IMG/VR virus record: IMGVR_UViG_3300021376_000001
Length of the DNA: 64,000 nucleotides
Strand: one strand, 5' to 3'
Origin: an uncultured virus (IMG/VR IMGVR_UViG_3300021376_000001)
Taxonomy: Duplodnaviria; Heunggongvirae; Uroviricota; Caudoviricetes
Shown: positions 54,995 through 64,000 of the stretch, one piece after another
Position numbering within the stretch: the first letter of the stretch is position 1
Layout: each line of letters opens with the position of its first letter
Notes under the pieces: model-generated
Seen by the model: only the letters and a program-made list of their open reading frames with translations
What the model was told of the DNA's origin: nothing
The model's database searches: none
Program-made: the position numbers and the translations under genes

Positions 54995-55972
54995 ATGACA
55001 ATTAGCGTTCAAAACTTGCGTAGCGCGGTCGCCAATAAGCGACCTGTTGCGACTGGCCTTTCCGTTGGTCAGATTGCTATTAATTACAACGAAGAAGATC
55101 CCGCAATTTATTTGCGTGGAGATGCTGGGGCTCTTGTTAAAGTTGCCCCCGCAGTTGTTGCTTCTTCTACGCCCAATGCAACACCCGCAAGTGGTGGAGC
55201 TAGTGGCAATAGCCGAGGCGAAACATGGTTAGACACTGCTTCCTCCCCGCCTCAATGGAAAGTATATAACGGGAGCTCGTGGAATAGTACTTATACCTTG
55301 GCTAGTGGCACGGTCGCCACTACGCCTGCAACCGCAGATAGTTCAACACTTATTGCAACCACCGCCTATGTAGGGAACAAGGTTGCTGATTACGCACCTA
55401 GCAAGGCAGGTGCCGGAGCTACTGGTACATGGAATATTGGTATTAGCGGCAATGCTGCCACTGCCGCCGCATTGACAACTGCTAGGACAATTAGTCTTGG
55501 CGGTGACCTTAGTGGCAGCGCAAGCTTTGATGGTTCTGCGAATATTTCTATCTCGGCCACTATCGCGGCAGATTCTGTTGCTCTTGGATCTGACACAACC
55601 GGTAATTATGTGGCAGCAGGCGCCACAAGCGGCAATGGCCTGAGCGGTAGTGTTAGCAGCGAAGGTGGCACTTTTACTGTCACATCGAATGCGACTAACG
55701 CAAACACTGGTAGCACAATTGTTTTCCGTGATGCCAGTGGCAATTTCAGCGCTGGTACTGTTTCTGCAGCATTGAACGGCAATGCGTCAACAGCGACAAC
55801 ACTTGCCACTGCTCGCAATATCAATGGTGTAAGTTTTAATGGCAGCGCTAATATTGAAGTCAACCCGCTAAGCACAACAGGAACGGCGTATTCAAACGGC
55901 TACGGCGGACGTTATCTGTCCACTTCTAACCCAACTGGTGGAAGTGCAGGCGACATCTGGTATAAGTATTGA
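54995..55972 (+). CDS. tail fibre protein
   Basis: GNA.TA..L.TAR.I repeats and RDASGNFSAG. Confidence 0.8.
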   Translation: MTISVQNLRSAVANKRPVATGLSVGQIAINYNEEDPAIYLRGDAGALVKVAPAVVASSTPNATPASGGASGNSRGETWLDTASSPPQWKVYNGSSWNSTYTLASGTVATTPATADSSTLIATTAYVGNKVADYAPSKAGAGATGTWNIGISGNAATAAALTTARTISLGGDLSGSASFDGSANISISATIAADSVALGSDTTGNYVAAGATSGNGLSGSVSSEGGTFTVTSNATNANTGSTIVFRDASGNFSAGTVSAALNGNASTATTLATARNINGVSFNGSANIEVNPLSTTGTAYSNGYGGRYLSTSNPTGGSAGDIWYKY

Positions 55973-55996
55973 TAGCGTCACCCATTTACTTCAATC

Positions 55997-56548
55997 ATGA
56001 CTTACATTGATCCTGATCTTGGCTCCCGGAATTGGGAGCGACTGATTCGCGTTGAAAATGGCGTTGCCATTGAAGAAACTCGTGCTCCCTTTGGCTGGTT
56101 CACAGAAACAGGACAGCGTCCTTGCGATGAATGGTTGGCAACAGAAGGGTACTATGGATTCGTTCCGAGTGAAGGGCCTGATGTTTTGGCAACGGAATGC
56201 ACTTACTCACTCAATCCAATTCGGGAATGGGCTGTTGACGAGGAGTCAAAAACAGTTTCTCCTACATGGAACATTGTTTATTACACAGAAGAAGAAAAAA
56301 TTCGCAATGAAGTACAGCTAGATAGATCAAAGTGGGAGGCAATGCGCAGTGCTCGTAATGTTCTTCTTTCGCAAACCGACTGGACTCAATTGCCGGATGT
56401 AGATCCAGCGCTGTCTGCTGAATGGCGGGAGTATCGCCAAGCTTTGCGTGATTTGCCGTCTAACATTACAGACATTGATGCATTTTTTTGGCCGACACGC
56501 CCAGGAGAAGAATTTCCCATGTCTAACGGCGGTCCTTCGTACACCTGA
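55997..56548 (+). CDS. tail fibre assembly chaperone-like protein
   Basis: RSARN.LL..TDWTQLPD..W.EYRQALRDLP..WP. Confidence 0.8.
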   Translation: MTYIDPDLGSRNWERLIRVENGVAIEETRAPFGWFTETGQRPCDEWLATEGYYGFVPSEGPDVLATECTYSLNPIREWAVDEESKTVSPTWNIVYYTEEEKIRNEVQLDRSKWEAMRSARNVLLSQTDWTQLPDVDPALSAEWREYRQALRDLPSNITDIDAFFWPTRPGEEFPMSNGGPSYT

Positions 56549-56556
56549 GATTTGTT

Positions 56557-57531
56557 ATGACAGTTTATGTTCATGACAGTGGCGTATGGCGCACTGTTGC
56601 CGGTGGAGGTTTGCAGGTAAAAGATGGGAGCGTGTGGAGGCCTGTTAATACAGGCCACGTAAGGGACGCATCGGTATGGCGCCAAGTTTACGCCAGTCTA
56701 ATCACGCAAACTTTCACTTTTACTTATACAGGAGCAGATCAAATTTTTCCTGTCCCCGCTAATTTCGTCCCCAACGATGGCATTCAATCGTTGACGGTGT
56801 ATGCCTGGGGTGCTGGCGGGGGAGGAAATAATGGCGGAGGCGGATACAGCGGCCAAGGAGGATGCGGGGGTTTTACGTCAGGATTACTTCAATTGAATGG
56901 CGGAACACCTTGCACAATCGTGGTCGGCGGTGGCGGCCAGGGAGGAGGTGCTGCTTACGTTGCTGGTCCGTATGGCGGGGGCGGTGGTCCTACTGCAGGC
57001 GACTGTGGAGGTGGTGGCCTTACAGGAATTTTTGAAAACTCATATACTCATGCCAACTCCGTTCTCATAGCTGGCGGTGGTGGTGGGCAGGGCGGTAATG
57101 GAAGCCCTGGAAAACTTTATTTCGGTGGTTGCGGCGGTGGCGTCAACGGAGAAGGTTCTATTGGTCAAAGTTGTGGCAATAGCGGTGTTGGCGGCACTCA
57201 ATTCGGCAGCGGCCAAGGTGGATCAGCTCTGCAAGGTGGCGGTTCTGCTAATGGTTTTCTCCGCGGTGGCGCTGGTGGTGGTGGTTATTACGGCGGAGGC
57301 TGTCAAGATGGCGTTTCTGGATGCGGACATCCAGGAGGTGGCGGCGGATCAGGTTATTTGCATCCCACAAAAGTTTCTTCTGGCAGTTTTTCGACGCTCA
57401 CTCACGCTCGAGCTGCTGGATCTGTGCCTCAATCGGGCAATGCTTACTATCAAGCAGGCGTGGGCAATGGTCCTACCAATGGAGCGGGCGGAAATGGCTT
57501 ACTTGTGATTGTCGGGACTTATTTTGGTTGA
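56557..57531 (+). CDS. glycine-rich (polyglycine II) putative receptor-binding protein
   Basis: WGAGGGG, IAGGGGG and GGGGYYGGG..GGGGSGY. Confidence 0.8.
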   Translation: MTVYVHDSGVWRTVAGGGLQVKDGSVWRPVNTGHVRDASVWRQVYASLITQTFTFTYTGADQIFPVPANFVPNDGIQSLTVYAWGAGGGGNNGGGGYSGQGGCGGFTSGLLQLNGGTPCTIVVGGGGQGGGAAYVAGPYGGGGGPTAGDCGGGGLTGIFENSYTHANSVLIAGGGGGQGGNGSPGKLYFGGCGGGVNGEGSIGQSCGNSGVGGTQFGSGQGGSALQGGGSANGFLRGGAGGGGYYGGGCQDGVSGCGHPGGGGGSGYLHPTKVSSGSFSTLTHARAAGSVPQSGNAYYQAGVGNGPTNGAGGNGLLVIVGTYFG

Positions 57532-57533
57532 TC

Positions 57534-57668
57534 ATGGCGAAACCCAAGAAAACTCTTAACGGCACTATTCGTATTGAGCCAAAACCAAAGCGCACCCGTC
57601 AAGGTGATGGTAAGAATAGTAAAGCTTCCCACGGAAGAAAACTTTCCCGTGGGCAGGGCAAAGGCTGA
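57534..57668 (+). CDS. small basic peptide (TRQG/RGQG type)
   Basis: MAKPKK...KPKRTRQGDGKNSK...RGQGKG. Confidence 0.65.
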   Translation: MAKPKKTLNGTIRIEPKPKRTRQGDGKNSKASHGRKLSRGQGKG

Positions 57669-57695
57669 TTATCATTAAGAAAACGCTGTGGTGCC

Positions 57696-58034
57696 GTGAT
57701 CGAACCAGGCAAATACGACATCACTATTCAACAAGGGGCCACTTTCCAACTGCCTCTTCATTTCAAAGACAGTGCTGGCGCGTCTGTCAATATGACTGGC
57801 TATACAGTGAGCGGTACTATATATGATCGCTACGGCCAAACACTTCTTGCATCGTTCACTAATACTTGGACCGTACAAGCAAGCGGACAATTTACGCTTT
57901 CTATTCCAGCTAATACAACACGCACAATGAGTGGAGAGGCTCAGTACGATGTATTAGTGACAGAGCCTGACAATACAAAGTTCTACCTCCTTGAGGGGGC
58001 GGCTTTTATTGACACTGGCCTTACGGGGAGATGA
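57696..58034 (+). CDS. structural adaptor-like protein
   Basis: YDITIQQGATF..N.TGY..QYDV..LLEG. Confidence 0.65.
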   Translation: MIEPGKYDITIQQGATFQLPLHFKDSAGASVNMTGYTVSGTIYDRYGQTLLASFTNTWTVQASGQFTLSIPANTTRTMSGEAQYDVLVTEPDNTKFYLLEGAAFIDTGLTGR

Positions 58035-58037
58035 TGT

Positions 58038-58322
58038 ATGACACGCATGCAATTAACAGTTGCTCCTGCATCTGCTTCCCGCATTGTTGTCTCAAAAACC
58101 AATACCACTGTTGTGGTACAAAAACAGCCCACAGCGACTGTTGAAATTGCGGCCTTAGGGCCGCAAGGCCCGTCATTCACTGGTGCAAATTATTTTGACA
58201 TTACTGCGATTGGCGCCCTGACATCAGGGGATACTGGCACTCTTCTTCAATGGAGCGGCGCGGCTTTCGTGCCCACCAATGAACTTTCCCAGAATCTCAC
58301 TATCGCCGGAGGGGCGTTCTAA
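58038..58322 (+). CDS. small structural protein
   Basis: GPQGP and C-terminal GGAF. Confidence 0.6.
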   Translation: MTRMQLTVAPASASRIVVSKTNTTVVVQKQPTATVEIAALGPQGPSFTGANYFDITAIGALTSGDTGTLLQWSGAAFVPTNELSQNLTIAGGAF

Positions 58323-59482
58323 TGAGCACGGTAACCATCAAGATTAAACGCAGGGCTTCGACGGGCTCTGCGGGCGCACCAGCGTCGTTGAAGAGCGGCG
58401 AACTTGCGTTTAACGAAAATACAGGCGACAAGAAGCTTTATTACGGCTATGGCGATGATGGTAGTGGTAGTGCCACGTCTGTTATCAGCATTGGCGGCGA
58501 AGGCGCCTATCTGACGCTTGACACCGCCCAAACCATTACGGGCAACAAAACTTTTACAGGTGCCGTTGTTCTCACTAGCGCCACGGTTTCGCTGAACACC
58601 AGCCAGCTCACTGAAAGCGGCTCGCTGTTCTTCACCAACGCTCGGGCCCGCACAGCGCTATCTGGCGATGCCTCCACTGGACTGAACTACAACAGTTCCA
58701 CTGGCGTGATGCTGTTGTCTGGCGTACCCAACGCAAGCCTGACAAATAGTGCTGTCACCATCAACGGCACAAGCATTTCCCTGGGTGGTAGTGCCACATT
58801 TACCACCACCAACATTGGCGAAGGCACCAATCAGTACTACACCGATGCGAGGGCACGGGCTGCGCTGTCTGGCAGCAGCGCTACGGGCCTGCAATACAAC
58901 AACAGCACTGGCGTCATTTCGCTGTCGGGGGTGCCCAACAGCTCGCTGAGCAATAGCTCTATCACTGTCAATGGCTCTGCAGTGGCCCTTGGCGGCTCTG
59001 TGAGCACCAATGTGAACGTGAGTGATGGCACCACGTCCACTTCCATTGCCAACAACGGCACTATTACGTTTGCGGCCGTTGCCAATGAGACCACTGTCAC
59101 CAATGTTGGAGGCACTGTCACCATTGGTTTGCCCGATAACGTCACCATCACATCGGGCTTGACTGTTGGTGGCGACCTGACAGTCAATGGCACGCTGTCC
59201 ACGATTAACAGCACTACGGTCACCGTCGATGACAAAAACCTAGAGCTGGGCTCCACTGCATCGCCGTCTGATGCAACGGCCGACGGTGGTGGTATCACAC
59301 TCAAAGGCACCACTGACAAGGAAATCAAGTGGCTTGATGCCACTGATTCGTGGACATTCAATCAAAATATTAATGTCACAACTGGGGGTCTTTCTGTTAA
59401 TGGAACCCAGGTAATCAACAATAGTCGCGTATTAGCAAATGTGACGTTGAGCGGCTTGACCGTAGATGGTGGTACGTTCTAA
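58322..59482 (+). CDS. tail fibre-like protein
   Basis: I.IKR..GAP.SL..GELA, two YT.ARAR.ALS repeats, GDLTVNG, DGGTF. Confidence 0.8.
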   Translation: MSTVTIKIKRRASTGSAGAPASLKSGELAFNENTGDKKLYYGYGDDGSGSATSVISIGGEGAYLTLDTAQTITGNKTFTGAVVLTSATVSLNTSQLTESGSLFFTNARARTALSGDASTGLNYNSSTGVMLLSGVPNASLTNSAVTINGTSISLGGSATFTTTNIGEGTNQYYTDARARAALSGSSATGLQYNNSTGVISLSGVPNSSLSNSSITVNGSAVALGGSVSTNVNVSDGTTSTSIANNGTITFAAVANETTVTNVGGTVTIGLPDNVTITSGLTVGGDLTVNGTLSTINSTTVTVDDKNLELGSTASPSDATADGGGITLKGTTDKEIKWLDATDSWTFNQNINVTTGGLSVNGTQVINNSRVLANVTLSGLTVDGGTF

Positions 59483-59485
59483 AAC

Positions 59486-59905
59486 ATGTCAAATACCATC
59501 CAACTAAAGCGAACAAGTCTTCTTGACAAGAGGCCGACAGCTAGCGGACTGACACTGGGCGAGCCTGCGGTTGTTCTCCATCAAGATAGTTTTGGCGTTT
59601 ATCTAAAGGATGGTGCAGGGGCCGTCCGCAAGGTTGGCCCCATTCATGTTGGGACAAGTGCTCCAAATGCTGCTCCAATAGGCAGCTCTGGCAATAGCCT
59701 TGGGGAAGGATGGCTAGATACTTCGTCTAATGCATTTAAAGTGTGGGATGGATCAAATTGGTCAAGTATTGTTGGCAGCGGTAATTCATCAGAAGCGTTA
59801 ATTGTGGACCATGGCCTAGAAGTGGGCACGGTAGACTATGGGTCAGTGGCATCAACACCAGTATCAACCGAAGACTGGGGCGTTGCCAGTTATTTAAGGA
59901 ATTGA
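59486..59905 (+). CDS. fibre N-terminal-module protein
   Basis: Paralogous to the N-terminus of 54995..55972 (KRP..GL..G...PNA.P..GNS.GE.WLDT). Confidence 0.7.
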   Translation: MSNTIQLKRTSLLDKRPTASGLTLGEPAVVLHQDSFGVYLKDGAGAVRKVGPIHVGTSAPNAAPIGSSGNSLGEGWLDTSSNAFKVWDGSNWSSIVGSGNSSEALIVDHGLEVGTVDYGSVASTPVSTEDWGVASYLRN

Positions 59906-59906
59906 G

Positions 59907-60173
59907 ATGGCCAAACAGGTTCAGTTCCGGCGTGGAACGACAACCGAGCACAACGGTTTTACTGGGGCCATTGGCGAAATAACAGTAGATACCACGTTGA
60001 ACACTGTTCGCGTTCACGACGGCAGCACGGCCGGAGGGACAAGAATTGCCAGATTTTCAGAAATTGTTCCCACCAGTAGACAGGTGGTTGCTGGTAGTGG
60101 TCTGGCTGGAGGCGGCACTTTGAATGCTGACGTGACGCTTCATGTTGAAAATCTTGATTGCGGTACTTATTAG
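59907..60173 (+). CDS. Mtd-N-like small structural protein
   Basis: VQFRRGTT.EH..FTGA.GEITVDT...VHDG.TAGG. Confidence 0.8.
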   Translation: MAKQVQFRRGTTTEHNGFTGAIGEITVDTTLNTVRVHDGSTAGGTRIARFSEIVPTSRQVVAGSGLAGGGTLNADVTLHVENLDCGTY

Positions 60174-60178
60174 GAATC

Positions 60179-60376
60179 ATGGGACAAATTAGGGTTAATA
60201 ACGAGCAGTTTGAAACTGGCGTTTTAGCAGATCACCGTGGTCAGATCTTGGCCGTAGGGCCTGATAGTGGACAAGTGGATGCCTTTGGGAGGGCAACACC
60301 ACGGGCCGGTGGCGACTACGCCTCAACCCCACGCTTTCTATGGAAAGCATTACGCAGCAGCAAGTACAGGAGATGA
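60179..60376 (+). pseudogene. probable truncated structural gene
   Basis: MGQIRVN...GQVDAFGR, then an abrupt change in sequence character. Confidence 0.4.
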
Positions 60377-60489
60377 TTGATGCCGCCATCAGGCGGCACA
60401 ATCGCAATGCTGGCATCATCTCGATGGTGGTGGGCTGGGCCGTATTGGGCTTCTATGCTGATGGCTTGTTTCGCATGATCCATCGATGA
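60340..60489 (+). CDS. small membrane protein (49 aa, not in ORF track)
   Basis: MESITQQQVQEMIDAAIRRHNRNAGIISMVVGWAVLGFYADGLFRMIHR. Confidence 0.7.
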   Translation: MESITQQQVQEMIDAAIRRHNRNAGIISMVVGWAVLGFYADGLFRMIHR

Positions 60490-60758
60490 AGCCAATTGAT
60501 GAGGTGTGGTATGAGCAGCAAACTGACGGCTTGAGCGACTGCCTGCAAGAGCTCATTAATGATGGTGGAGCAGAAAAGGCGCAGGAAGGGCTATGTGACG
60601 CGATAATGACGTGGATTGACTATCACCAGCAAGAGCTGAATAAATGGAAGGAACTGGCAACTCTGCTTCATCTGCCCATCGCCACCGGGACTGGCTCAAC
60701 AGTCCTGAATTCAAAGAGCTTCAGTACGCCTTCAATGCTCACAGGGAACAGACTGTGA
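60486..60758 (+). CDS. hypothetical protein
   Basis: ATGA overlap with the previous gene. Confidence 0.55.
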   Translation: MKPIDEVWYEQQTDGLSDCLQELINDGGAEKAQEGLCDAIMTWIDYHQQELNKWKELATLLHLPIATGTGSTVLNSKSFSTPSMLTGNRL

Positions 60759-61075
60759 GAGAAGATGCCGAATGGTGGGAAAACTTGTCTTATGAGGACA
60801 AGCTCAAGGCATTCCGTTGCATCTGTCGTCGCATTTATCAAGGCGATGTGAAGGACAAAGGAACGTATCGCTTTGTTCTTTACAACACGTTTGGCTTTGA
60901 TCTAGATGCCTATGCAGATGGGATGGACTGTGGTTATATGACCATCCACAATCTCATTTGGGCTGGACTGGAAGCGGAGCGACAGCGCGTTCAGCGCATT
61001 CAGAACATTGCCGACGAGGAGCTAGAGAGTGATAACAAAAGCCCTTTGCCGCAAGAGCAAGCCCCGATGCAATAA
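60644..61075 (+). CDS. hypothetical protein
   Basis: WWENLSYE..LKAF..GTYRFVLY..FGF...GMDCGYM.IHN. Confidence 0.65.
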   Translation: MEGTGNSASSAHRHRDWLNSPEFKELQYAFNAHREQTVREDAEWWENLSYEDKLKAFRCICRRIYQGDVKDKGTYRFVLYNTFGFDLDAYADGMDCGYMTIHNLIWAGLEAERQRVQRIQNIADEELESDNKSPLPQEQAPMQ

Positions 61076-61127
61076 GAAAGCTGCCAATTAGTTCTAGGCC
61101 CATTGCCTCATTGCCTCTGCAGTTATT

Positions 61128-61544
61128 CTATTTTGGCAAAACTTGCGGGGGTTCGCCGTCAAGCGTCCAAGTGATACGCATTTCACCACCCAATGCTTTT
61201 ACTGCATCGCTTGCATTATCTGGCGCCTTGTGTTCAATCATTACTGACGGCACAACTGCATTGGGCAGAGGCGTGATCTGGGCTTTGGGGAACAACTCCT
61301 GAGCTTTGGCTGCAAGCTTACTGGCAGTGTCAGCTCGATGTTCTTTTTCCCATGTGGCAATAAGCTCTTTGGCTTGCTCATCTACTTTTTCTAAAACAAT
61401 TTTAGTTTTCCATTCAATCCAGTCTGGACGACAATGAGCCATCATTAGCTTGAACCATGGATTGAAGCTGAGTGATGGCCATTGCCGGGCTGCCCAGAGG
61501 CCCAGTTCGTAGCACATTGCATTAAACCAGGCCTGTCTGTTCAT
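61128..61544 (-). CDS. hypothetical protein
   Basis: ATGA overlap with the endolysin stop; starts MNRQAWF. Confidence 0.6.
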   Translation of the reverse strand: MNRQAWFNAMCYELGLWAARQWPSLSFNPWFKLMMAHCRPDWIEWKTKIVLEKVDEQAKELIATWEKEHRADTASKLAAKAQELFPKAQITPLPNAVVPSVMIEHKAPDNASDAVKALGGEMRITWTLDGEPPQVLPK

Positions 61545-62485
61545 CCTTCTTGGTAAACGCTGATGAAGATGGAGCCAGTTTTCAACAGGGGCATAACGAA
61601 ATCCCGGAGGTGGGCATTGTGCATGCGCACGCAACCATGAGTGGCGTAAAGCTTCTGCACGGGCGCCCAAGCGCCCGGCCACCCATTGGCGCTACCACCG
61701 CCGTGAAGCATGATTCCAGCGCGTCCTACGCCGCTCTCCTGTCCTTCTAGATCGATCATGTCAAGGCTGTACCAGCCATAGGCCATGAGTGTGCGATCAA
61801 ACGCAGGCTTATCGCCATTCAGTTCGTAATCGCGGTAGACAGTGCCCACCTTGTAGAGCCCAGGGGGTGTGTCAGTGTTGCGCAGCTTCCATTCATAGTC
61901 GCTGCCTTGACCACGAGCCAATGCAGGCAATTCCCATAGTTGCCGGCCTTCAAAATCGAAGCACTTTGCTGTTTCCACCGCATCGTTAACAACAATGTGG
62001 TGGTCGCCTTTTTTGAAGCCAAATTGTTGAGGCTTTTTCTTGGGTCCGATCATGGCAGAAATGACTGTTGTTTCCGGCGCATATTGTTTCATGAGCCGCG
62101 ACAATTTTGAAGGATACTCGGGATCTGTGGCATACGCCTGCTCTTTAAGCATGCGAGCAGCTTCATAGCGATTGCGAGCCCTGTTGACGCCATGAAATCT
62201 GCCGTAATCCTTGTACCAACGACTGACTAGGTATTCAATGCATGCTGCAAGCGTAGGGAAATCAATAAAACCAGCTTTAATGGTCACCCAACGACCGTCA
62301 TAAAACTCTTTTGTTTCCCTTGTGGAGCCACCTCCCTTCAGGCCAAATGCATTGTTTTGCCCTGAAAAATGCTTTCCAAAACCACTCTCAAGCGCCCACT
62401 GAGCAGCTACAAGGTCAGGATATTTTGCTCCTATGCTTTTGGCATAGGAGCTCACTCCCTCCCATGTATTGGGAATGTCTGTCAC
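61541..62485 (-). CDS. endolysin: GH73 glucosaminidase + YkuD L,D-transpeptidase-like domain
   Basis: AQWALESGFG..NNAFGLKG..YATDPEY; TPPGLY..IMLHGG..THGCVRM. Confidence 0.85.
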   Translation of the reverse strand: MTDIPNTWEGVSSYAKSIGAKYPDLVAAQWALESGFGKHFSGQNNAFGLKGGGSTRETKEFYDGRWVTIKAGFIDFPTLAACIEYLVSRWYKDYGRFHGVNRARNRYEAARMLKEQAYATDPEYPSKLSRLMKQYAPETTVISAMIGPKKKPQQFGFKKGDHHIVVNDAVETAKCFDFEGRQLWELPALARGQGSDYEWKLRNTDTPPGLYKVGTVYRDYELNGDKPAFDRTLMAYGWYSLDMIDLEGQESGVGRAGIMLHGGGSANGWPGAWAPVQKLYATHGCVRMHNAHLRDFVMPLLKTGSIFISVYQEG

Positions 62486-62625
62486 TTGTTCACACGGAAG
62501 ATGGTCTTCAGGCCTTCCATCAGAAGCTGAAGCACGTTGTTGCTCTTCCAAGGAGAGCGATCAAGGATTTGATCGGCAGCACCAATGATGATGCCACCAA
62601 TTACGAACCATTCAACGCCAGTCAT
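62482..62625 (-). CDS. small membrane peptide, putative holin (47 aa)
   Basis: MTGVEWFVIGGIIIGAADQILDRSPWKSNNVLQLL...; GTGA overlap with the endolysin start. Confidence 0.55.
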   Translation of the reverse strand: MTGVEWFVIGGIIIGAADQILDRSPWKSNNVLQLLMEGLKTIFRVNK

Positions 62626-62650
62626 AAATCCAAATGCGGTTTATTACAGA

Positions 62651-62860
62651 TTAGCGACGCACTTCCAGGTTGCGCACCCGAGCTTCAAGGGCGCCCAAGT
62701 TTTCCGTAAGCGTGTTTAATTTCTCGGTGATGCTTTCAATCTGTGTGGCCACTTTTACTTGTTGATTGCCCACTGCAACCAACATGCCACCTGTGGAAAG
62801 CAGCATCCCAGCAGTAATGGTGGCTACAAAGTTCGCCAGCCCTTCTTTCATAGCCTGCAT
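62651..62860 (-). CDS. TM + coiled-coil protein (lysis-associated?)
   Basis: Hydrophobic N-terminus and heptad C-terminus; upstream of the lysis genes. Confidence 0.55.
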   Translation of the reverse strand: MQAMKEGLANFVATITAGMLLSTGGMLVAVGNQQVKVATQIESITEKLNTLTENLGALEARVRNLEVRR

Positions 62861-62947
62861 TTGTAGCCGATATTCTTTAATTATAAGCTTGCTTCGCTGG
62901 GCTTGTTTCGGCGATAGATTGGGACAAACCAATTGAAGAAGAGCGTC

Positions 62948-63445
62948 ATGTTTGTGGCGTATGAGCCGAATGATTACATTCGCGACCTCATTGAATTACG
63001 CTCATCCGATGCAACGCGACGTTTTAGAAAGTCCATCTTCACCGACTATCCATTGAGAGGCCCGCTAGGGCAGCCAGCTTGTGCATTCTGCGGACGCTGG
63101 CATGACAAACTCACGCTCGACCACATTGTTCCGAAAAGCAAGGAAGGTCCGCATTTTGCTAGGTGGAACCTGGCTCCAGCCTGCACTCATTGCAACCTCG
63201 ACAAGAGCAATTTACCGCTGTTTGAATGGTGGCGGCCCAAGGATTGGTGGTCTGAGCAGCGTGAAGAAATCTTGATGACTTGGATTTACGTCAACAGTTT
63301 CATCGATGCCCACACTAATTCCGCTGAATACTGGAGCATCCTGGAAAGCCGTCGAGTGGTGCAGCAAGTGCCAGTGCAGCGACCACAAGAAAGGGGGCCT
63401 TCGTGGCCCCCTTTTGACTATGCAAAACAATGGGCAGCGGCCTAG
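62948..63445 (+). CDS. HNH endonuclease
   Basis: CAFCG..LTLDHIVPKSK.G...NL.PAC..CN..K. Confidence 0.9.
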   Translation: MFVAYEPNDYIRDLIELRSSDATRRFRKSIFTDYPLRGPLGQPACAFCGRWHDKLTLDHIVPKSKEGPHFARWNLAPACTHCNLDKSNLPLFEWWRPKDWWSEQREEILMTWIYVNSFIDAHTNSAEYWSILESRRVVQQVPVQRPQERGPSWPPFDYAKQWAAA

Positions 63446-63801
63446 CCCACGGGGGAGAACATAATCCGATCTTCGCCGCCAGGAGCCGAGATGGGCACGT
63501 CGTAGCGAATGCCGGGCATAGGACAGAAACCATCTTCGCAGTCCATCCCAATGCCATCTGGAGGCAGCCCCAAAGGAGGGAAGGCTTCATTGGCATCAAT
63601 GGTGCTGATCAGGCGATCCAAGTACCACCGCGCCTTTTCCAAGTCTTCCCGGCCATTTTTCTTTTCGTAACGCCAGAGGTAGGCGATGGCAGTGAGCTTG
63701 AGGTGGGCGCAGAAGCCTTCATAGGAGCTGCATGCCTCCAGGGCTTCAATGCATTCCACGGCACCATCTTTGTAATGGTTGGGATTGATGGGATCGTTCA
63801 T
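63442..63801 (-). CDS. DUF3310 (SaV-like) protein
   Basis: DPINPNHY..ECIEA..YLWRY.KKNG.EDL.KA.WYL. Confidence 0.85.
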   Translation of the reverse strand: MNDPINPNHYKDGAVECIEALEACSSYEGFCAHLKLTAIAYLWRYEKKNGREDLEKARWYLDRLISTIDANEAFPPLGLPPDGIGMDCEDGFCPMPGIRYDVPISAPGGEDRIMFSPVG

Positions 63802-64000
63802 GATGATGGGCTTAGAAGGAATGACCATGTGCCTTGAAGGCCTCAAAAGCTTCGGCAACTATAGGCTCCGCAAGCTCAGCCATACGGTCGGCGTAGGCTC
63901 GTATTTCCCATTGCGCATCAGCGGGCTGACGCAAACTCAAGAAATGCAAGAGAGCCTGAAGGCTGCAAGTCCAAACAAACGATGTGTAGTGGCAAACGGG

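Noticed and set aside
1..64000. Integrase, reverse transcriptase/DGR, photosynthesis genes
   Set aside because: No matching ORFs or template/variable repeat pair seen in this window.

Overview
A 64 kb piece of a tailed dsDNA phage with a lambda-like tail tip, very probably a cyanophage of picocyanobacteria. The host call rests on a small cyanophage-type ribonucleotide reductase, a Downstream-peptide glutamine riboswitch with its DUF4278 peptide, and cyanobacterial LexA, DnaA and NtcA-type sites. Layout: recombination and replication genes (0.4-4 kb); small genes including a TerS-like HTH protein (4-8 kb); small early-type genes (8.4-11.1 kb); an unusual island (11.1-15.4 kb); an HNH nuclease, RNR, tRNAs and structured RNAs (15.4-22 kb); terminase, head, glycosyltransferase and tail genes (22-60 kb); and lysis genes (61-63 kb). 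The best candidate for an undescribed system is the 11.1-15.4 kb island. It holds about nine plausible genes written in an extreme C/T-rich, vocabulary-restricted code, one of them with recognisable gp88-like motifs. Its left edge carries 24-bp repeats, five LexA boxes and Fur boxes. Its right edge carries a DnaA-box palindrome, two more LexA-type boxes and a possible genome terminus. Other highlights are an apparent programmed -1 frameshift in a head-region gene, three structured RNAs sharing one promoter motif, and glycosyl/methyltransferases inside the head module. All protein calls come from motif recognition by eye; no searches were run.
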